Shown piece by piece: positions 1 through 9,204 of a stretch of DNA of 64,000 bases (the stretch's first letter is position 1; every line of letters starts with the position of its first letter). A program made the position numbers and the translations under genes. The notes under the pieces are model-generated. The model was given only the letters and a program-made list of their open reading frames with translations, was not told the DNA's origin and made no database searches. Origin of the DNA: Acidimicrobiaceae bacterium (lineage in GTDB: Bacteria > Actinomycetota > Acidimicrobiia > Acidimicrobiales > RAAP-2); the NCBI GenBank assembly GCA_003164095.1, contig PLRX01000043.1, positions 47,618 through 111,617 on the forward strand, read 5' to 3'.

Positions 1-708
1 GGGACGTCGCCGGCCAAGCACCCCTACAAGGACACCATCATCGAGCTCGACGACATCGTCGGGCGGCTGGTGGCCGAGCTCGAGGCGACGGGCCAGTTGG
101 AGGACACGCTGGTCTTCATCAGCTCGGACAACGGCCCCGAAATGGAGACCTGGCCCGACGCCGCGTACTCGCCGTTCCGCAGCGCCAAGGGCTCCACGTG
201 GGAGGGTGGACAGCGCGTGCCGGGCATCGTGGCCTGGCCGGGCATGGTCGCCGCCGACCGGGCCTCCGACGGGATCTTCTCGCTGATGGACCTGTTCGCG
301 ACGTGCCTCACCTTGGCCGGCGCGGAGGACGCGGTGCCGACCGACCGGTACATCGACGCCGTCGACCAGACGTCGTTCCTCCTCGACCCCGTGGGGGTGT
401 CGAACCGCAAGTACCTCTACTACTGGCTGACCAACGTGTTCTCGGCGCTGCGGGTGGGCGAGTGGAAGTTCATGGTGGCCTCGTCCTCCGACGACGACCG
501 GGACTGCTTCAACCTCGGCGGGTTCACCGGGGTCACCCAGAAGTACTCCCACGGCCGGCTCTACAACCTCTACCTCGACCCGAAGGAGAGCCACAGCTAC
601 ATGATCCGGAAGCTGGCCTACATCGACAGCTTCACCACCGGGATCGCCCGTCACCTCATGTCCTTCGGCCCCTATCCTCCGAAGCACCCGATCGCCGCCA
701 TGAGCTGA
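1..708 (+). CDS. arylsulfatase family protein, C-terminal part (5' end outside window)
   Basis: Frame 1 is open from base 1. Sulfatase C-terminal motifs FISSDNGPE, KGSTWEGGQRVPGIVAWPG and DLFATCLTLAG. TGA stop at 706-708. Confidence 0.8.
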   Translation, partial: GTSPAKHPYKDTIIELDDIVGRLVAELEATGQLEDTLVFISSDNGPEMETWPDAAYSPFRSAKGSTWEGGQRVPGIVAWPGMVAADRASDGIFSLMDLFATCLTLAGAEDAVPTDRYIDAVDQTSFLLDPVGVSNRKYLYYWLTNVFSALRVGEWKFMVASSSDDDRDCFNLGGFTGVTQKYSHGRLYNLYLDPKESHSYMIRKLAYIDSFTTGIARHLMSFGPYPPKHPIAAMS

Positions 709-806
709 GGAGCCGGGCCGTCGGCCGGGCTCCTGGCCTACGGTGGGCCGGTGCGCAAGGAGCGTCGGCGCGACCATCGCGACCGGCCCGGAGCCAGGGG
801 GGTGCC

Positions 807-1631
807 GTGGACGAATCGACCGTGTCGGTGGAGCCGAGTTGGTTCCGGCCCGACGTGTTGGCCGGGCGGGTGGCCCTCGTCACGGGCGGGGGTACCGGCA
901 TCGGCAAGGAGATCAGCCGGGTGCTCGGCGCCCACGGTGCTGCTGTGGTCCTGGCCAGCCGCAAACAGGAGGTCCTCGAGGCTGCCGTGGCCGAGCTGGC
1001 GGAGGAGGGTCTCGACGTCTCGTTCGGTGTCTGCGACGTGCGGGACGCCGATGCCGTCCGTTCGGTGGTCGACGGTGCGGTGTCCGAGCGGGGCGCCCTG
1101 GACATCGTGGTCAACAACGCGGCCGGCAACTTCCCGGCGCCGATGTCGGCGATCTCGCCCAACGGGTTCAAGGCCGTCGTCGACATCGACCTGCTCGGCA
1201 CCTACAACGTCAGCCGAGCCGCATTCGACGCCTCGTTGCGCGAGCACGGCGGGTCGATCGTAAACATCAGTGCCCCGTTCGAGCAGCGGGGCGTGGTGTA
1301 CCAGGCCCACGTGGCGGCGGCCAAGTCCGGGGTGGACTCGCTCACACGGTCGTGTGCCGTCGAGTGGGGCCCCTACGGCATCCGGGTCAACGCCGTCGCC
1401 CCGGGGTCGATGCTGGGCACCGAGGGACTGAAGCGGTTCAGCGAGGCAGTACCGGGTGGGGCACCGGTCAGGCCGACCAATCCGCTGGGGCGTCACGGCC
1501 ACGGCTCGGACATCGCCTACCTGACGCTGTTCCTGTGTAGTCCACTGGCCCGTTTCGTCTCGGGTCAGGTGATCGCTGTCGACGGGGCAGGGTCGGCGGA
1601 CATGCTCCGCCTGCAGGCCGGCCCCATCTGA
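807..1631 (+). CDS. SDR family oxidoreductase (2,4-dienoyl-CoA reductase-like)
   Basis: GTG 807 is followed by VTGGGTGIGKE, NNAAG and Y-x3-K (YQAHVAAAK). The upstream part of ORF 198-1631 is Arg/Pro-rich and overlaps the sulfatase, so I do not treat it as coding. Confidence 0.85.
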   Translation: MDESTVSVEPSWFRPDVLAGRVALVTGGGTGIGKEISRVLGAHGAAVVLASRKQEVLEAAVAELAEEGLDVSFGVCDVRDADAVRSVVDGAVSERGALDIVVNNAAGNFPAPMSAISPNGFKAVVDIDLLGTYNVSRAAFDASLREHGGSIVNISAPFEQRGVVYQAHVAAAKSGVDSLTRSCAVEWGPYGIRVNAVAPGSMLGTEGLKRFSEAVPGGAPVRPTNPLGRHGHGSDIAYLTLFLCSPLARFVSGQVIAVDGAGSADMLRLQAGPI

Positions 1632-1656
1632 CTCCGATGCGCCGATGGCCGTCCGC

Positions 1657-3165
1657 TCAGGGGAGGATCCCGACGCCGCGCGGACCGGTAGCGGCGGTGG
1701 CGCGCCCTCGGGCGAGGTCGAGGCCGGCCAGGAGGGCGTTGCGCAGTTCGCGGGGGTCGACCACGTCGTCGTAGGACAGGCGGGCGGCGGCCCGAACCGA
1801 TGCCTCGGCCTGCTCGGCGGCGAGACGGGCACGCTGGGCAGGGTCGCCGATCCCGGTGGCCTCCGAGGCGGCGGGCATGGCGCCCAGGGTGACCGAGGGG
1901 AGGGCCAGCGTCAGGGTCTGACCGTCGAACGGATTCATGGCCATCACCGAGGAGCCGAACCCGAACGCCTTTCGCAGCGTGACGTGGAGCTTCGGCACGC
2001 GCATCCGGTGCTGTACCGCGAACAGGCGGGCGGCGTGGCGGAGGATGCCCTGTCCCTCGGCGACCGTGCCGGCAAGCACACCCGGATTGTCGGCCAGGAA
2101 GATGCACGGGAGTCCGAAGGCGTCGGCCACGTCGAGGAAATGGGCGGCCTTGTCGGCGGCGTCACCGTCGATGGTGCCGGCCAGGACGGCCGGGTCGTTG
2201 GCCACGACGGCCACGCTCCGTCCCCCGAGGTGGGCGAGGGCGGTGACGATCGAACCGCCGAAGTCGGGTTGGACGTCGAGCAGCTGCCCGTCGTCGACTA
2301 GCGCCTCGAGTACCGGTCGGACCGGGTAGGGGCGCCGGGGGTCGGGCGGGATCAGGGTCAGGAGGTCGACGGTCCGGGGGCCGGTGTCGGTCCCGATGCG
2401 CCGTGGTGCCGGCTCCCAGGCGTTGGTCGGGAAGTGGGCGAGGTAACGCCTCGCCAGCGCGATAGCGGCCCGGTCGTCGGCCACCACGTTGTGCACGACG
2501 CCGCCAGATCCGGCTGCCACGGGCGGCCCGCCCAGCTCCTCCTTCGTCACGTCCTCCCCCGTGGCGGACCGGACCAGGGGCGGCCCGGCGGCGAAGATCG
2601 ACGCCGTCGAGGTCATGGCCACGAAGTCGCTGAGTGGTGCCGTCAACGCACCGTGGCCGGCGGATGCGCCGCACACCAGGCTGACCAGGGGAACGAGTCC
2701 CGACAGGTCGGCCAGGCCCATGAGGTCGCCCGGCCGGCGCCCCGGCGCGGTCTCGGTCACCCGGTGGCCGGCTCCCTCGAGGAGCATGACCAGGGGAACG
2801 CGCTCCTGGTGGGCCAGCTGGCAGAGCCGGTAGCGCTTGTCGGAGGCGCCGCTACCGATCGATCCGCCGAGCACCGTCACGTCCTCCGCCCCCGCCAGGA
2901 CCGGGCGGCCGTCGATCCGACCCGATCCCGCCACCAGCGCGTCGGCAGGGACGGGCGGGTCGTCGGTGGCACCGACGAGGGCGCCGATCTCGAAGAACGT
3001 ACCCGGGTCGAACAGGGCCTCGAGCCGCTCCCGCGCATCGAGTCGCCCCCGGTCGTGCTGCCGCGCGCGCCGCGCCTCGCCGCCCATGGCCCGCGCCTCG
3101 TCCTTGCGCCGGGTGATCTCGTCGATCGCGGGTGCCCAGCCGTCGAGCTGCTCGTCCATCGCCAT
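1657..3165 (-). CDS. acyl-CoA carboxylase carboxyltransferase (beta) subunit
   Basis: 502 aa with a two-lobed carboxyltransferase layout. Motifs GRPVLAGAEDVTVLGGSIGSGASDK and FAAGPPLVRSATGEDVTKEELGG. Confidence 0.85.
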   Translation of the reverse strand: MAMDEQLDGWAPAIDEITRRKDEARAMGGEARRARQHDRGRLDARERLEALFDPGTFFEIGALVGATDDPPVPADALVAGSGRIDGRPVLAGAEDVTVLGGSIGSGASDKRYRLCQLAHQERVPLVMLLEGAGHRVTETAPGRRPGDLMGLADLSGLVPLVSLVCGASAGHGALTAPLSDFVAMTSTASIFAAGPPLVRSATGEDVTKEELGGPPVAAGSGGVVHNVVADDRAAIALARRYLAHFPTNAWEPAPRRIGTDTGPRTVDLLTLIPPDPRRPYPVRPVLEALVDDGQLLDVQPDFGGSIVTALAHLGGRSVAVVANDPAVLAGTIDGDAADKAAHFLDVADAFGLPCIFLADNPGVLAGTVAEGQGILRHAARLFAVQHRMRVPKLHVTLRKAFGFGSSVMAMNPFDGQTLTLALPSVTLGAMPAASEATGIGDPAQRARLAAEQAEASVRAAARLSYDDVVDPRELRNALLAGLDLARGRATAATGPRGVGILP

Positions 3166-3258
3166 CCCTCCCCGGCCTACCCGCCCCGTGCGGTGCCCAC
3201 GTATGATGGCCCATCGGCGAATTTGCTGCCGTCCCGGGTCCCACGACCCGAGGGAGAT

Positions 3259-3717
3259 ATGCCCATGGGTGAGCTACGGGACATCAAGCGGCGGGTCGGG
3301 GAGTTGCTCGACGGCCTCGGCCACGACCCGGACGAGGTAGCCGACACGCTGGAGGCCGCCGGAGTCCATGGGGTCCCTCGGAGCAACACCTCCTGTGCCA
3401 TCGCCCTCTACACCGCAGCCGTCATGCGGGCGGACCCGCGCATCACGTCAGTGGCCGTCGGCCCGTGCACCCTGCTGTTGACCCTGACACACCCTTCCGG
3501 GCGACCCGGAGGGAAGCTGGTGGTCCAGCTCCCGAAGCCGGTACGGGGTTTCGTCGACGGGTTCGACGCCGGTCGCTACCCGACGGTCCTCCGGCTGCAG
3601 GCGACCGAAGTGGCCGCGGCGGCTGAGCCAGCCGCCACCTCCGACGCTCCCGGCGAACCGGCGCCGACGCCGGACCTGTCGGACCCCGCTCCGCCCGTGG
3701 CGGCCGCCACGCAGTGA
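3259..3717 (+). CDS. hypothetical protein
   Basis: ATG 3259 is preceded by a GAGGGAG RBS. GC3 is high. I recognise no family. Confidence 0.55.
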   Translation: MPMGELRDIKRRVGELLDGLGHDPDEVADTLEAAGVHGVPRSNTSCAIALYTAAVMRADPRITSVAVGPCTLLLTLTHPSGRPGGKLVVQLPKPVRGFVDGFDAGRYPTVLRLQATEVAAAAEPAATSDAPGEPAPTPDLSDPAPPVAAATQ

Positions 3718-3928
3718 GAGGTAGCGGGATGCGGGTGCCACCTGTGCCTCCGCAGCCACCCGGGCGGCCGCGGCGACGGTCACTGCAATCGTCCGTGCGG
3801 TGTGGTTCGCTCGTGGTGGGCGTCCGGTCCTGAGCGGGCGCCCGGAACGCGGGTCGGCGCCGCCGACCCGGATGATCGCTTCGGCACGGTGCGACCGCAC
3901 CCGGCCGATCGGACAAGGAGCGCGTGGC

Positions 3929-4615
3929 ATGGGACTCGACGAGCTGACGGGACCTGCGGGACCGGACGGTGCGACGCGGCACCGTCGCCGGCCCACGGGT
4001 AGGTGGGCGATCTCCACGGCGATGGTCCTGGCCGCCTCCATCGGCCTGGCCGCGTGCGGCAGCTCCTCGTCGTCATCGACCACGACCACGAAGCCCACGA
4101 CCACCACGACCACGAAGCCGTCGACCTCGACCACGTCCACCACCGCCGCACCGGCGTCCACCACCACGACGACACGGGCGGGCAACGGATGTGCCACCTC
4201 GGCCCTGACGATCTCCTTCGGCAGCCCGAACGGCACGGCTGGTGCCATCCACTACACACTCACCTTCCACAACGCCGGCTCGTCGTCGTGCACCCTCTAC
4301 GGCTATCCGGGTGTGTCGTTCCTGACGTCCGGGGGCTCCCAGATCGGAGCGCCGGCCCAGCGACAGAGCGGCGCGTCGCCGACCACGGTCACCCTCGCGG
4401 CCGGTGCTGACGCCTACAGCTCGGTAGCGGTGACCGACCCCGGCATCCCACCCTGCTCGTCGCAGGCGACCGCGGCCCAGGTCCGCATCTACCCCCCGGG
4501 TCAGACGCAGGCCGCACTGGCGACTGCGCCGTCGGGCATGGCCGTGTGCTCGTCCCCCAACACGTCGGCCTACACGTCGGCCTCCGTCACGCCGGTGTCG
4601 AGCACGCAGCTCTGA
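3929..4615 (+). CDS. lipoprotein with DUF4232-like domain
   Basis: ATG 3929 follows AAGGAG. Lipobox GLAAC, then a Thr/Lys/Pro linker, then a Cys-containing domain (GCATSALTISFG, TLTFHNAGSSSCTLYGYPGVSF). Confidence 0.75.
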   Translation: MGLDELTGPAGPDGATRHRRRPTGRWAISTAMVLAASIGLAACGSSSSSSTTTTKPTTTTTTKPSTSTTSTTAAPASTTTTTRAGNGCATSALTISFGSPNGTAGAIHYTLTFHNAGSSSCTLYGYPGVSFLTSGGSQIGAPAQRQSGASPTTVTLAAGADAYSSVAVTDPGIPPCSSQATAAQVRIYPPGQTQAALATAPSGMAVCSSPNTSAYTSASVTPVSSTQL

Positions 4616-4648
4616 CCCGACGTCCGGCGGGAGGTCGACCGGCTCCGT

Positions 4649-5095
4649 TCAGCTGTACATCAGTGAGCCGGGGGTGGTGAGGACGGTGCCTGTCTCGAGC
4701 CACGTCTTCAGCCCGCTCAGGATCATCGGCCAGCCCCCGTAGAGCTGCTCGTTGGCGCCGTCACGCAGCTCGTCGTGGACGAGGTCGAGCCGGCAGGAGT
4801 CGCCCACGGGCTCGATGGTCCACGTCACCCGCGACGACCCCTCGGCCGCTACGTCGTCGTTCCACAGGGCGACCATGGTGTGGACCAGCCGGTGGGGTGG
4901 GTCGGCCTCCACGACCCGGCCCGTGCCGAGCAGTGCCGCACCGTCCGGCGTCCGCTGCTCGATGGGCGCCCCGGGCGTCCACGTCGACGTCGTGCGGGCA
5001 CCGAACTGGTAGCGGGCCCGCACGTCGGGGTCGACGATGGCTTCCCACAGCTGGTCCGGTGTGGCCCGGATGTAGAACTCGTAGCGCTGCTCCAT
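4649..5095 (-). CDS. SRPBCC/Aha1-domain protein
   Basis: MEQRYEFYIRATPDQLWEAIVDP... and a C-terminal LKTWLETG are typical of Aha1-like SRPBCC proteins. The start is ATG 5095. Confidence 0.75.
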   Translation of the reverse strand: MEQRYEFYIRATPDQLWEAIVDPDVRARYQFGARTTSTWTPGAPIEQRTPDGAALLGTGRVVEADPPHRLVHTMVALWNDDVAAEGSSRVTWTIEPVGDSCRLDLVHDELRDGANEQLYGGWPMILSGLKTWLETGTVLTTPGSLMYS

Positions 5096-5120
5096 GGGTC
5101 CCTCCGGTCCGCCGCACTCC

Positions 5121-5360
5121 TCAGCGGGCGCGTACCTCGACGAGCTCCCGGCCGTTGGGGTGCACCTCCCACGTCGACCAGGACTCGTCGAAGGCGTGGA
5201 GGCTGACCCGGCGGCCCTCGACGCCGTCGGCCGCAGTGCGGGCACCGTAGGGCTCGTACCACTCCGGCGTTCCGGTGAAGGGCTCCTGGGGCACGACGGT
5301 CGCCCCGAGCCCGAGGTGGACCGGCACTTCCACGAGTCGGAACACGGGGCGATCGGCCAT
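5121..5360 (-). CDS. short cupin-like protein (possibly truncated)
   Basis: 79 aa ending ...WEVHPNGRELVEVRAR. This reads like only the first half of a cupin barrel. The stop lies 26 nt before the next gene. Confidence 0.4.
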   Translation of the reverse strand: MADRPVFRLVEVPVHLGLGATVVPQEPFTGTPEWYEPYGARTAADGVEGRRVSLHAFDESWSTWEVHPNGRELVEVRAR

Positions 5361-5409
5361 TGGTTCATTGTGCCACCCGACCGTCCCGTACGCCTCGAGG
5401 GAGCGGCCG

Positions 5410-6591
5410 TCAGTACGAGCGGCCCCGGGCCGTCACGGGTACGACGCCCACCACCGCGTCACCGCGCGTCAGCCACATCCGGTCGTACCGGTCGACGGTG
5501 GGGTCGCAGTGGGGCGGCACCAGACGCAGGCGGTCGCCACGGGTCGGCCGGAAGCTGTCGGTTGTGGTGACCATGCCCTGCTCGTCTCCGAAGAAGGCGT
5601 AGGCCGCGCCGGGATGGTCGGGGACACCGGCCGGTCCGGCGTCGGTGGCCATCGACTTGAGGCCGGCGTCCACGGTCACGAACCCCCGTTGGTTGGTCGA
5701 CACCACCGTGGTGGCGAGTGTCAGGCTCTGGCCGAAGCAGGCCTCGGGATCGGACCCGAGCGCGTCGGCGTACTCGCGGTCCATGAAGACGTAGCTCCCG
5801 GCCTGCAGCTCGTCGAGGGACCCGGCTTCGATGTCGAGCAGCGCGGTCCCGGTGCCCCCGCCGGTGCGCACGGGCACCGGGTGCCCGGCGCCCTCCAGCG
5901 CGGCGACCACCTCGCTCAGGCGGTCGGCCGCGGCGGTGACGGCGAGGCGGCGTGCGTCCCGACCGGCCACGTGCTGGGCGTGCCCGGCGTAGCCCTGGAC
6001 ACCGCCGAAGACCAGCGACGGGGCGCGGTCGACGGTGGTGGCGACGGCCAGGGCCGCGTGCGGGCCGACGACCCCCGTACGTCCGAGGCCGACGTCGACA
6101 TCGCAGAGCAGCGTGACGGTGACACCGGTACCCAGGGCGGCCACCAGCTCGGCCACAGCATCGACGTGGTCGAGGGCCAGGGCAAGGTCGCACCTTTCTG
6201 CGAGTGCGGCGACACGGGCCATCGGGCCGGCACCGGCCGGCGGCGACGTGAGGAGGACCGGAACGGGCGCGGCCCGGTCGAGGGAGGTGACCAGCGCCTC
6301 GGCCTCGGCCAGTTTGGCGCAGCACAGGCCAGCCGCCCCGTGGTCGAGCTGGAGGCCCGCCACCCACGCCGACTTGTGGGACTTGGCGTGGGGACGGAGG
6401 CGCACCCCTGCGCTGTCAGCAGCGCGCTGCATGGCCGAGACGTTGGCCATGAGCAGATCGACGTCGCACAGGAGCGCCGGGGTGGGGACGAGACCGACCG
6501 ACCCGGGCTCGCCCAGCGAGCGGAGGACGGGTGAGAAGGCAGGGTCCTCCCGGACGGTGGGGTCGAGCACGTCCTCGTCGGGTCCCCTCAT
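5410..6591 (-). CDS. D-serine deaminase / D-threonine aldolase-like PLP enzyme (alanine racemase N-terminal fold)
   Basis: PLP-lysine motif RPHAKSHK and C-terminal LVPPHCDPTV. ATG 6591 lies 11 nt downstream of the upstream stop. Confidence 0.8.
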   Translation of the reverse strand: MRGPDEDVLDPTVREDPAFSPVLRSLGEPGSVGLVPTPALLCDVDLLMANVSAMQRAADSAGVRLRPHAKSHKSAWVAGLQLDHGAAGLCCAKLAEAEALVTSLDRAAPVPVLLTSPPAGAGPMARVAALAERCDLALALDHVDAVAELVAALGTGVTVTLLCDVDVGLGRTGVVGPHAALAVATTVDRAPSLVFGGVQGYAGHAQHVAGRDARRLAVTAAADRLSEVVAALEGAGHPVPVRTGGGTGTALLDIEAGSLDELQAGSYVFMDREYADALGSDPEACFGQSLTLATTVVSTNQRGFVTVDAGLKSMATDAGPAGVPDHPGAAYAFFGDEQGMVTTTDSFRPTRGDRLRLVPPHCDPTVDRYDRMWLTRGDAVVGVVPVTARGRSY

Positions 6592-6601
6592 CGGCCGACC
6601 G

Positions 6602-8158
6602 TCAGCCCAGTTCGGCCTGGACGACATCGGCCACGTTGAAGGCGGAGTCGAGTGCCTGGTGGGTCCCGGCCCCACGGCCACCGGCGTCGCACCCGACCAG
6701 GAACAGTCCGGGAAGCGGCGTCCTGGCGTCCGGCTTGGAGCGACCGACCTGGCCGACCACCTGGGCGATACCGACCGCCTCGCCCCCACTGCCGGGGACG
6801 GTGGCGTCCCGGGTCATGCGCGAGATCTGCCGTGGACCGTAGGGCTCGGACCACAGGGTGTGGCGCTCGAGACCGGGCCAGAGGTCGGCCACCACCTCCC
6901 GTGCCCGTCGGACGGCCTCATCGGCCATGGGGGAGGCGGGGTCGGGGGAGACGAACACCTGGATGTTGGCCACCTGGTGCCCGGGCACGGCCACCAGCCC
7001 CGGGTCGAACTCACTGGCGACGTCCACGGCGATGAGCGGGACGTCCGGCCAGTCACCCGCCTCCATCGCGGCGAACCGCTGACTGTCGAGCCAACTCTGG
7101 TCGGAGAACACCGGCGTGAGTGCGGCGTCGAACACCCGGTCGTCGAGGACGTAGCGCAGGCCGGCGATGCTCCAGCTCGGCTCGAGGCCCTCGACCACCG
7201 CCACGTAGTCCGCGGGGAAGTGCTGCGCACCGACCAGCTTGAGGACGGTGGGCTGGATGCCGGCATTGGAGACGACGGCCCGGGCCCGGATCGTCCGGCC
7301 CGAGGTCCGTACACCGACGGCCCGCCCGCCCTCCACGACGATCTCCTCCACCCGGGTGGACCGGACGAAGGTCCCGCCCCGCTCGGCCACGACGGCCGCG
7401 CATGCCTCGGCCACCTGCCCGTAGCCGCCCGCATGGAACCGACCGGCACCTCCGGTCACGATCTGACGGAGCACGAGGACGCCCTCGGAGGCGGCCAACA
7501 GGTCGACCGGGACCACGAAGAGCATGTTCATGGTGGCCAGGATCTGGCTCTCCAGGCCGGCCGGCAACCCGAACGGCCGCAGGAAGGCCAGCATCCCGGT
7601 GTCGTCGAGCGCGAACACCTCGTCCTCGCTCATCGACAGGATCGACAGGTAGAAGGTGCCGAGGAGGTCCATGTCCGCGTCGGTGGCCCCGAAGGTGCGC
7701 TGCAGGGTGGCCAGGTCCTCGGGATCCCCAGTCTGGCGCAGCGGACTGTGCTGCACCCGCCATGCCCCGTCGGGCGCGCGGTAGCGGATGGCTGCGGCCG
7801 GCCCGTCCGGCACGAGGAGGCGCACCCTGTCCTGGATGCCCAGGATCTCGACGAGTTCGTCGACTCGGGACCCGACCGCCGGGATCCCCACCGCCCCGAA
7901 CATCTCGTACCGGTAGCCCCGCCGGTCGAGCGTCTGGGTCTTGCCACCTGCGCGCGGGGTCTTCTCGACGAGTGCCACCCGCCGTCCGGCCGAGGCCAGG
8001 AGGGCGGCCAACGGGGCTCCCCCGTACCCGGCACCCACTACCGCCACGTCGTACTCGTCCTCGGCCTGTGACACCGGTTCCCCCGATCGACGGGCACCCG
8101 ACCCCCGGGCGACCCCGCCCGGTGGTGCGGACGGCCGTCGCCGGTCAGTGTCGCACAC
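6602..8158 (-). CDS. FAD-dependent oxidoreductase, phytoene desaturase (CrtI)-like
   Basis: Dinucleotide fold DVAVVGAGYGGAPLAALLASAGRRVALVEK. An alternative GTG start at 8074 has a GGGGGAA RBS and may be the true start. Confidence 0.75.
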   Translation of the reverse strand: MCDTDRRRPSAPPGGVARGSGARRSGEPVSQAEDEYDVAVVGAGYGGAPLAALLASAGRRVALVEKTPRAGGKTQTLDRRGYRYEMFGAVGIPAVGSRVDELVEILGIQDRVRLLVPDGPAAAIRYRAPDGAWRVQHSPLRQTGDPEDLATLQRTFGATDADMDLLGTFYLSILSMSEDEVFALDDTGMLAFLRPFGLPAGLESQILATMNMLFVVPVDLLAASEGVLVLRQIVTGGAGRFHAGGYGQVAEACAAVVAERGGTFVRSTRVEEIVVEGGRAVGVRTSGRTIRARAVVSNAGIQPTVLKLVGAQHFPADYVAVVEGLEPSWSIAGLRYVLDDRVFDAALTPVFSDQSWLDSQRFAAMEAGDWPDVPLIAVDVASEFDPGLVAVPGHQVANIQVFVSPDPASPMADEAVRRAREVVADLWPGLERHTLWSEPYGPRQISRMTRDATVPGSGGEAVGIAQVVGQVGRSKPDARTPLPGLFLVGCDAGGRGAGTHQALDSAFNVADVVQAELG

Positions 8159-8210
8159 GGGCGCCCCGGCGGACTCCGGCCAGACGGGTCACCAGGACGC
8201 ACGCCCTGCG

Positions 8211-8480
8211 TCGCTGTCGGATGTCGAGGTCGCCTCTTGCCTGAGGTCGGCCGTCGACCACCGCCGCTACGTGGTGGCGGACGTCGACCCGGACGGCGGG
8301 CTCCCCACGTCCTGCCTCATCGTCGAGGTGACGGAGTCCGCCGTGACCGATCCGGACCAGGCGTTGGCGGTGCTCGGCCCTCTGCGCACCCATGGCGTAC
8401 GCGTCTCCGTGGACGACTTCGGCACGGGGTTCACCTCGGTCGTCTCGCTCCCCGGCCCACCGCTGGACGAGCGGAAGGCG
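8211..8480 (+). pseudogene. EAL-domain (c-di-GMP phosphodiesterase) gene remnant
   Basis: Only the central EAL block is present: LIVEVTESAV...HGVRVSVDDFGTGFTSVVSLPGPPLDE. There is no N-terminal half and no start. The frame then runs into unrelated sequence. Confidence 0.6.
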
Positions 8481-8550
8481 TGCAGGCAGACGTTGGACCG
8501 GACCGCGGGCGAGTTCTTCCCGCCGCCACGCGGTCGGTCACACTGGGACG

Positions 8551-9156
8551 GTGACCGACGTTCCTCCGACCTCCGCCCCCGTCCCCCGTCCCGACGACGA
8601 CCGGACTCCGCTCCAACGGATGGCGGCGGGTGAGCTCTACGTCGTGGACGACGAGATCGCAGCCATGCACCTCCGGGCCGTCACGCTGACCGAGGCGTTC
8701 AACGCCACACCTGCAGCGGATCCGGCAGCTCGACGCCGCATCCTCGACGACCTCCTCGGGTACCTCGGTCCCGACACCGACATCCGGGCACCGTTCCACT
8801 GCGACTACGGCACGAACATTCGCATCGGCGCCCGGTCGTTCGTGAACTTCGGACTCGTCGCACTCGACGTGGCGGCCGTCACCATCGGCGACGACGTCCA
8901 GATCGGTCCGAATGTGCAGCTCCTGACGCCGACCCACCCGCTCGACGCCGACCTGCGACGCGCCAAGTGGGAGTCCGCTGATCCGATCACCATCGGCGAC
9001 AACGTCTGGCTCGGCGGAGGAGTGGTCGTGCTCCCCGGGGTGACCGTGGGGACCGACGCCGTCATCGGTGCCGGCGCAGTGGTCACGCGCGACGTGTCGG
9101 ACGGGGCGGTGGTCGTGGGCAACCCGGCCCGACCGATCAGGCGCCCCGGCCGTTAG
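8551..9156 (+). CDS. maltose/galactoside O-acetyltransferase-like (hexapeptide repeat)
   Basis: Maa-type N-terminus MAAGELY...TEAFN plus a left-handed beta-helix (IGDNVWLGGGVVVLPGVTVGTDAVIGAGAVV). TAG stop. The start is GTG 8551 or ATG 8620. Confidence 0.8.
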   Translation: MTDVPPTSAPVPRPDDDRTPLQRMAAGELYVVDDEIAAMHLRAVTLTEAFNATPAADPAARRRILDDLLGYLGPDTDIRAPFHCDYGTNIRIGARSFVNFGLVALDVAAVTIGDDVQIGPNVQLLTPTHPLDADLRRAKWESADPITIGDNVWLGGGVVVLPGVTVGTDAVIGAGAVVTRDVSDGAVVVGNPARPIRRPGR

Positions 9157-9204
9157 GCGGCCAGGGGACCGCGGCATGGTCTCCTCCGACCGTGCGGCCA
9201 AGTG

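Noticed and set aside
198-806. N-terminal extensions of several ORFs as real coding sequence. Examples are 198-806, 2434-3258, 10392-11768 beyond 11444, 13934-15532 beyond 15259, and 53677-55506 beyond 54585.
   Set aside because: The extensions are Arg/Pro-rich and overlap neighbouring genes. Internal starts have good RBS spacing or 4-nt overlaps and coincide with the N-termini expected for the families.
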